The position numbers and the translations under genes were made by a program. A DNA stretch of 64,000 nucleotides, from the NCBI GenBank assembly GCA_003389215.1, contig QQVP01000134.1, positions 9,850 to 73,849 on the forward strand, in the 5' to 3' direction. This document shows, piece by piece, positions 58,884 to 64,000 of the stretch. The notes beneath the pieces are model-generated. The model was not told the origin of the DNA. It ran no database searches and saw only the letters and a list, made by a program, of their open reading frames with translations. Origin of the DNA: Planctomycetota bacterium (GTDB lineage: Bacteria; Planctomycetota; Planctomycetia; Pirellulales; UBA7805). Each line of letters opens with the position of its first letter. Position 1 is the first letter of the stretch.

Positions 58884-61409
58884 TTGATCGGCGTGACATT
58901 CTTTAGCGACTTCACCGCAGCGAGATCCAAGCGTCGCAGTGCGATGGTGCGCGCCGTCGTCTGCCTGATTGCCTGGTCTGGTCTCGCTTTGCCGGCGGCC
59001 CGGTCGAATCCCACCGTCGTAGGCGAAGCGGAACAGGCCTTCGTCCCCAAGCCCGACACGATCGACACCACGTATTTCAAGGCGGTGACGCTCGACGACC
59101 TCGACCTGAACTCGCGCTCGGCCATGCTCGTCGAGAGCATGATCGCAGGGCCCGGCCTGCAATGCGGCATGCGGCAGGGAGATCGCGTGCTGGCCATCAA
59201 CGGACAGCGGATCTACAGTCGCTGGGAGTTCGACTTCCATCGCAACCAGCTCGATCGCGCGAACGATCTGCAGATGACGTTGATCGTCAATCGCAACGGC
59301 CATCTGCTGCCGTTGACGATCAAGCCGTTGATGCCGGGACGACGCCTCGGCTTCTACGAAGGGGAACAGCAACTCTATCTCGACCAGTACGTGGCAGGAT
59401 TGGGGCTGGGCCTGCCCGATGGGGTGGCCGCCAGCCTCCGGCGAATTCCGGTGCGGGCCACTTACGCACTCATGGACTGGATCGAGGAAACCGAGGGCCA
59501 GCAACGCGATCTCGGTTGGTTGCAGCAGTTCATTCAGCTTCGCCTGGCCTTGGCCAATCAGCAGTGGGACAAGGCTCAGGCCCCCTCCCAGGAAATTCCG
59601 GTTCCCTATTTCCGCACGCTGACCGACTTCTACCTGAGCGTCGCCAAACGCCACGCCGGGGGCGAGCAGATTCCGGATCCTGCCGCGCACAATGTCTCGC
59701 TGGCCTACTACTGTGCCCACTACCCGTTTCCCAAGTTTGCCCCTCCGCTTGGCGAGTTGACCTCGACCGACGCGTACCTTCTGGCCTGGATCAAGCACCG
59801 GCACGCCGATCCAGCCAGTCAGCAGCAACCAACGCTGCCGGACGGGAACAACGACTTCCATCGTCCACGCAGTCCGCTTGACTTCTATCTTCGTGAAGTG
59901 AAGCTGGCCTTGCTGTGGCCAACGGAATTCGGCAATCGTCCATTGATGCAGAATTTTCGGGATCGCAACAATGGCAACACTCGCAACGTCTTCAATAATG
60001 ACCAGTTTCGACAGGAGACCTTGCAGCAGATCCAAAGCAAGGCGGACCAGGGAGACGAGGACGAGGCCTTTTACAGCTACGCCACGGTGGCTCTGTACGC
60101 CCTCGGTGGCGACGCCGAGAGTATCATCGCCGCCGTCCGCAGTCTCCGCGCGCTTTCGCCCTATATGGCCTATCGGGCGGCGGCCCGCGCCCAGCGCGTC
60201 TGGATGATGAAGCACGGCGACTCTCGCAACGAGGAGTTGGCGAAGCTGCTGACGTACCTCGAAGAGAACCCGCTACAGGTCACGCCGCGGCCGTCGGTGT
60301 TCTACCGCTACGTGATTCCGCGAAGCCGCTACCTGCAGCGGCATCCGGATGCCTTCGTGGGCAATCCGACGCAGTCGAACCTGATCTACAATCCGATCTA
60401 CTTCAGCTACGCCCTGGGCAGAAAGGATACGATTGCGGAGGAAGCGACAGCTCTCGACGCTGCGATTGCCGCGGACGACATTGCCACATCTCGTACCGAG
60501 CTACTAGAGCGACTCGAACGATTGGCCATTCCCTTCGCCGTGCCCGCGGACATGCGCCGGCTCGCCGACCTGGGCCGGGACGGCATGGCTCGAGGACAAG
60601 TTCTCGATACGTTCAACCGCATCGTCTACGGCAGCTTTCTTTCGAATCAGGTCGACTACCCCCTTGCCAAGGCGATCGCCGAACAGATCCTGGAGCGAGC
60701 TCTCTGGACGACGCCCCAGCAGACCGGCGTGGGAGACGCCTACGTCCGCGATCTGATCGCCTCGCTCGGCGACGAAAATCCCGAAGTGGTTCGCGAGAGC
60801 TTGCTGGCGGCGCACGCCGATCACGGCGACCTGGTGGCGACGTGCCGCATCGCCGCCACGCTCCAGCGGTTCGGCTTTACCGAGGAAGCGGCCGCCATGC
60901 GCGATAAAGTGGACCGTTTTGTGTACGCGCTGCTGTCGCGAACGCAACCGAATCCCGAGCAGCGGCTCTCTTTCAACGTAGCGAGTCTCGCCCATCACAA
61001 TGTGAATCTCGCCGCTCTCTGCGGCTGGGACGACCAGCTCGCCTCGCACCGCGATTTGTACCACGCACTGCGAGAGTACTTCACGCATCCGAACCTGGAG
61101 CATGAGGTTCCGGCCTATTTGCTCGTCGCCCGCCACGAACTCGCCCGCGGCAAGCTCAAGCGGGCCATCGCCTTCTTGTCCGATTCGTTCTCAGCCCAGC
61201 CCGGCAAGGCTTGTCGGTCGCTCTACGTTACCAGTGAGGGCGTCACCGACTCGGACGACGGCTTCCGCGAGTACTTGGTGCGAGGAATTGTGCGCCACGA
61301 AGCCTTTACGGACGACCTGCGGGCGGTGCTCATCAAGTCGAACATCGTCACCGCCATGCCCGAACTGGCCGCGGAACTGGGGCTGTCGCGAGAGTCCGCG
61401 GGCGAATAG
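58884..61409 (+). CDS. secreted PDZ-domain protein, otherwise uncharacterised
   Basis: Signal-like MVRAVVCLIAWSGLALPAARS; PDZ-like GPGLQCGMRQGDRVLAINGQRIYS; long alpha-helical remainder. Confidence 0.55.
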   Translation: MIGVTFFSDFTAARSKRRSAMVRAVVCLIAWSGLALPAARSNPTVVGEAEQAFVPKPDTIDTTYFKAVTLDDLDLNSRSAMLVESMIAGPGLQCGMRQGDRVLAINGQRIYSRWEFDFHRNQLDRANDLQMTLIVNRNGHLLPLTIKPLMPGRRLGFYEGEQQLYLDQYVAGLGLGLPDGVAASLRRIPVRATYALMDWIEETEGQQRDLGWLQQFIQLRLALANQQWDKAQAPSQEIPVPYFRTLTDFYLSVAKRHAGGEQIPDPAAHNVSLAYYCAHYPFPKFAPPLGELTSTDAYLLAWIKHRHADPASQQQPTLPDGNNDFHRPRSPLDFYLREVKLALLWPTEFGNRPLMQNFRDRNNGNTRNVFNNDQFRQETLQQIQSKADQGDEDEAFYSYATVALYALGGDAESIIAAVRSLRALSPYMAYRAAARAQRVWMMKHGDSRNEELAKLLTYLEENPLQVTPRPSVFYRYVIPRSRYLQRHPDAFVGNPTQSNLIYNPIYFSYALGRKDTIAEEATALDAAIAADDIATSRTELLERLERLAIPFAVPADMRRLADLGRDGMARGQVLDTFNRIVYGSFLSNQVDYPLAKAIAEQILERALWTTPQQTGVGDAYVRDLIASLGDENPEVVRESLLAAHADHGDLVATCRIAATLQRFGFTEEAAAMRDKVDRFVYALLSRTQPNPEQRLSFNVASLAHHNVNLAALCGWDDQLASHRDLYHALREYFTHPNLEHEVPAYLLVARHELARGKLKRAIAFLSDSFSAQPGKACRSLYVTSEGVTDSDDGFREYLVRGIVRHEAFTDDLRAVLIKSNIVTAMPELAAELGLSRESAGE

Positions 61410-61457
61410 GGCTTGGTCCGGAGTAGTCGCCCCGCTCTTGCGGCAACCCCGCAGCCG

Positions 61458-62693
61458 CTAGGCCAACACCCCACCGCTCGAGTGAATCGGGCTTCGATCC
61501 GCCGCGAAGTAGCCGACGTCGACCTCCGGATCGTCGGGCAGAGCCTGATCCGTCATCCGGCGCGCGATCATGGCGCCCATCGAAGGGCCCAGCTTGAAGC
61601 CGTGTCCCGAAAAACCGTTGGCGACGAAGTAGCCCTCGGGACCCACCGCGTCGACAATCGGATGCCAGTCATCCGTATTCACCGTGTAGAGAGCCGCGTA
61701 ACCGTGCACGCGGCCGCGGCTTTGCATGACAAAACGGTGATGCAGCTTGTGCATCATCCGTTCGCGGAATTCGGGCGAGCCGTTGGTGTCGAAGTCGTCG
61801 GGGTCTTCCACCCGCTCGCTCTCGTCCTCGGCCGCGACGGAGCCGATCAGCAACTGGCTGCCGCGCGCCTCGGGTCGTCCATACACCTGGTCGCCGGCAC
61901 TAATGAACACAGGAATGTCACCGCTCACGTCCTGCGGTCGGTTGCGAACCGCCATCTGCACCCGGGTGGGCTGCATGTTCATCGGCAGTTGCACATCGAG
62001 CAGGGCGTTGACGCGATTGCACCACGGCCCCGCGGCATTGAGCAGTCGCCCCGCACTGAATCGCTGCCCGTCGGCACAGCTCACTTCGAAGGTGCCGCCC
62101 TTGGAAGACACGATCGATGTCACCTCATGCCGCGCGTGCAATTCGACGCCCAGAGCCTGACCCGCGCGCAGAAGGTCTTCGGTCGTGCCTTGGGGATCGG
62201 CGTAGCCGCTCTCCGCTTCCCAGAACAGCGCGGCGGGGGCACCGCAGTCGTGCGTCTTGCCTGCAAGGTCGATGGGATGGCGGCACAGATTCAGTGCCGG
62301 GTAGCGACGCTGCAGTTCGGCCGTGGGCGCCATTTCACCGGCGGCGCCAATCTCGGCAAAGTTCGCCAGCACTCGCGACGGGTCGTCGTCCTCGTCGCCC
62401 GGGATCCAGACGACGCCCACCGGCGAGAATCCGGAACGATTCTCCACGAGCTCGAGCCGCTCGGTCCACTGCTGGAACATCTGCAGGCTCCAGTGGGCGA
62501 GGCGGGTGACCTCGAGATTGGCATAGCGAAGCCGGACCACGGCCGACGATTGTCCCGTGGAACCGGAGGCGACGTGCGGGCCCTTCTCGAGAATGGCCAC
62601 CTGCTTCAGGCCCCGACGCGCGAGCTGAAAGGCCGTCGAGACGCCCATGATCCCGCCGCCGATGATCACCGCATCGCAGGTCTTCGTGCTCAT
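61458..62693 (-). CDS. FAD-dependent oxidoreductase (DAO/glycine-sarcosine oxidase-like)
   Basis: Rossmann motif CDAVIIGGGIMGVSTAFQLARRG near the N-terminus; C-terminal DAO-family region. Confidence 0.75.
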   Translation of the reverse strand: MSTKTCDAVIIGGGIMGVSTAFQLARRGLKQVAILEKGPHVASGSTGQSSAVVRLRYANLEVTRLAHWSLQMFQQWTERLELVENRSGFSPVGVVWIPGDEDDDPSRVLANFAEIGAAGEMAPTAELQRRYPALNLCRHPIDLAGKTHDCGAPAALFWEAESGYADPQGTTEDLLRAGQALGVELHARHEVTSIVSSKGGTFEVSCADGQRFSAGRLLNAAGPWCNRVNALLDVQLPMNMQPTRVQMAVRNRPQDVSGDIPVFISAGDQVYGRPEARGSQLLIGSVAAEDESERVEDPDDFDTNGSPEFRERMMHKLHHRFVMQSRGRVHGYAALYTVNTDDWHPIVDAVGPEGYFVANGFSGHGFKLGPSMGAMIARRMTDQALPDDPEVDVGYFAADRSPIHSSGGVLA

Positions 62694-62757
62694 ACGATTC
62701 GATTCCGTCCCCACCTAGGCAACTTCGTCCGACGCTCGGGGCCGCCGCTGGCGGGCT

Positions 62758-64000
62758 TTAGCTCGTCGATGAACGCAGGGCACCGCTCAAAGCAGACAAG
62801 TCCTGTTGAATGACACGGTACAAGGCGAACGCGAGACCAAAGCCGACCACGCCGGCGATGCTCAACACCAATTGGGCCATCACGCTTTGCGATTGCGTGA
62901 ACAGGCTTGTTAGCACCAGGGCCAGGATACCCAGGGCCGGCAAAGCACCGGCCAGCACGACGGCGACGCCAGCTCTTCGCGCTAGCGCGTCGAAGTCGGA
63001 CCGCTCTTGTTCGCTGATGGTAAGCCCGTCGAGCAGGCCGGGGAAGAACACCCGTAAGCTCAGCGCGGTTACCAATAGCAAAGGGTACACGGCCGCCACC
63101 AGTCCGCAGTAGACCAACGACGCCAGAAAATGGAGGTACCTGGTCGCGTCCATGTCGACTCCGCCGTAGTGGAGCGCCACGGGGTAGGCGAGTCCCGCCA
63201 CGGCCCAGAGTCCGACAATTGTCGCGGCGGCGAACCGACCGAGGTGGAACGTGTCGCGTCGCTGCTCGCTCAGTTCCTGTCGGTCGGCATTATCGCCATT
63301 GGAAAGCATGTCGGTCCTCGCCCGCAGGCAACGAGCCAGCGGCCACATCCACCACACGATCATCCCGATTCCGAGCGGAAAGGCAATCAGGTTGATCGCC
63401 GTCTGCACGCCGAAGAACAGGTCACGCGCCTCCGGCAGAGGACGAATGATCTCCTGCCAGTTGTAGATCAGGTTGAAGATTCCGGCCGCCAGATTGGGAA
63501 CCAACACGGCCAGCACGACCGCCAGGATCGCATGGCGTGCATACCAGCGTCGCGTCCCGCGAAAGGGTCGTTCGAGGATGCCTGCGGCCCGCTCCTGGGG
63601 GCACAGGGCAAGCGCCTCGGCGAGTTCGCCGGCTGAAGCAAAGCGATCTTCGCGCCGCGGCGACAGACAGCGAGCCAGAACGCGAGCGACCCTGCGTACG
63701 ATCGCCTCGGCCGACCCGATCGACTCGGCCGCGACACCCTGTTGGCGAGCCAATCGCAGCCGTTCGATCGTCTTCGACCAATCGTCGACCACCACCTCGT
63801 TTGCGAAAGGTCGCTCGCCGTCGAGCAGCTCCCACAGCAACACTGCCAGCGAGTAGACGTCGGCCCGACCATCGAGCTCCTCGGGCTGGGTGCGATGACC
63901 GGGATCGAACGCGTCGAGATGCTCGGGCGACATATAGGCCAAACTGCCGCCAAAGAACGCGTCGGCCGAGTCGCCGGCCACACCGGCAGAAAAACTGACG
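62758..64000 (-). CDS. Ser/Thr protein kinase with C-terminal multi-TM domain (5' end off the right edge of the window)
   Basis: C-terminal kinase lobe motifs (GSLAYMSPEHL, DVYSLAVLLWELLDGERPF) followed by >=6 TM helices. No start within the window. Confidence 0.7.
   Translation of the reverse strand, partial: VSFSAGVAGDSADAFFGGSLAYMSPEHLDAFDPGHRTQPEELDGRADVYSLAVLLWELLDGERPFANEVVVDDWSKTIERLRLARQQGVAAESIGSAEAIVRRVARVLARCLSPRREDRFASAGELAEALALCPQERAAGILERPFRGTRRWYARHAILAVVLAVLVPNLAAGIFNLIYNWQEIIRPLPEARDLFFGVQTAINLIAFPLGIGMIVWWMWPLARCLRARTDMLSNGDNADRQELSEQRRDTFHLGRFAAATIVGLWAVAGLAYPVALHYGGVDMDATRYLHFLASLVYCGLVAAVYPLLLVTALSLRVFFPGLLDGLTISEQERSDFDALARRAGVAVVLAGALPALGILALVLTSLFTQSQSVMAQLVLSIAGVVGFGLAFALYRVIQQDLSALSGALRSSTS

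Overview
High-GC (roughly 63-65%) window, gene-dense, with mixed strand orientation. Gene content points to a Planctomycetota chromosome (Pirellulales-like): prepilin-type pseudopilins, a DUF1080 domain, a PVC-type cytochrome c / membrane-bound-dehydrogenase giant protein, several sulfatases, a Tat signal, and leaders without a Shine-Dalgarno sequence. Left to right: (1) a type IV pilus / T2SS-like pseudopilin cluster ending in pilM (complement 1-5.8 kb); (2) housekeeping genes nadC, comEA-like and uvrB; (3) a small acidic lipopeptide gene, a LuxR-type response regulator and an unusual 1.3-kb ORF-free gap; (4) a PMI-like cupin and a 1456-aa multidomain dehydrogenase/cytochrome c protein; (5) an 11-gene minus-strand operon, 19.3-27.9 kb, encoding a Planctomycetes-Verrucomicrobia (PVM)-type bacterial microcompartment (BMC) for fucose/rhamnose-derived lactaldehyde, with divergent rhaB; (6) a flotillin/NfeD pair and two paralogous secreted repeat proteins; (7) a glycan-utilisation-like cluster; (8) a thioredoxin-fold gene interrupted by an in-frame TGA that aligns with the catalytic Cys position, followed by a SECIS-like hairpin (candidate selenoprotein); (9) membrane/secreted proteins (AsmA-like, LRR, PDZ), a FAD oxidoreductase and the 3' part of a membrane Ser/Thr kinase. 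Non-coding highlights: a conserved ~160-nt intergenic element with terminal inverted repeats in two copies, a cluster of REP-like GGCACT...AGTGCC hairpins, tandem direct repeats flanking ackA inside the BMC operon, and several perfect palindromes. No rRNA, tRNA or CRISPR array was found.
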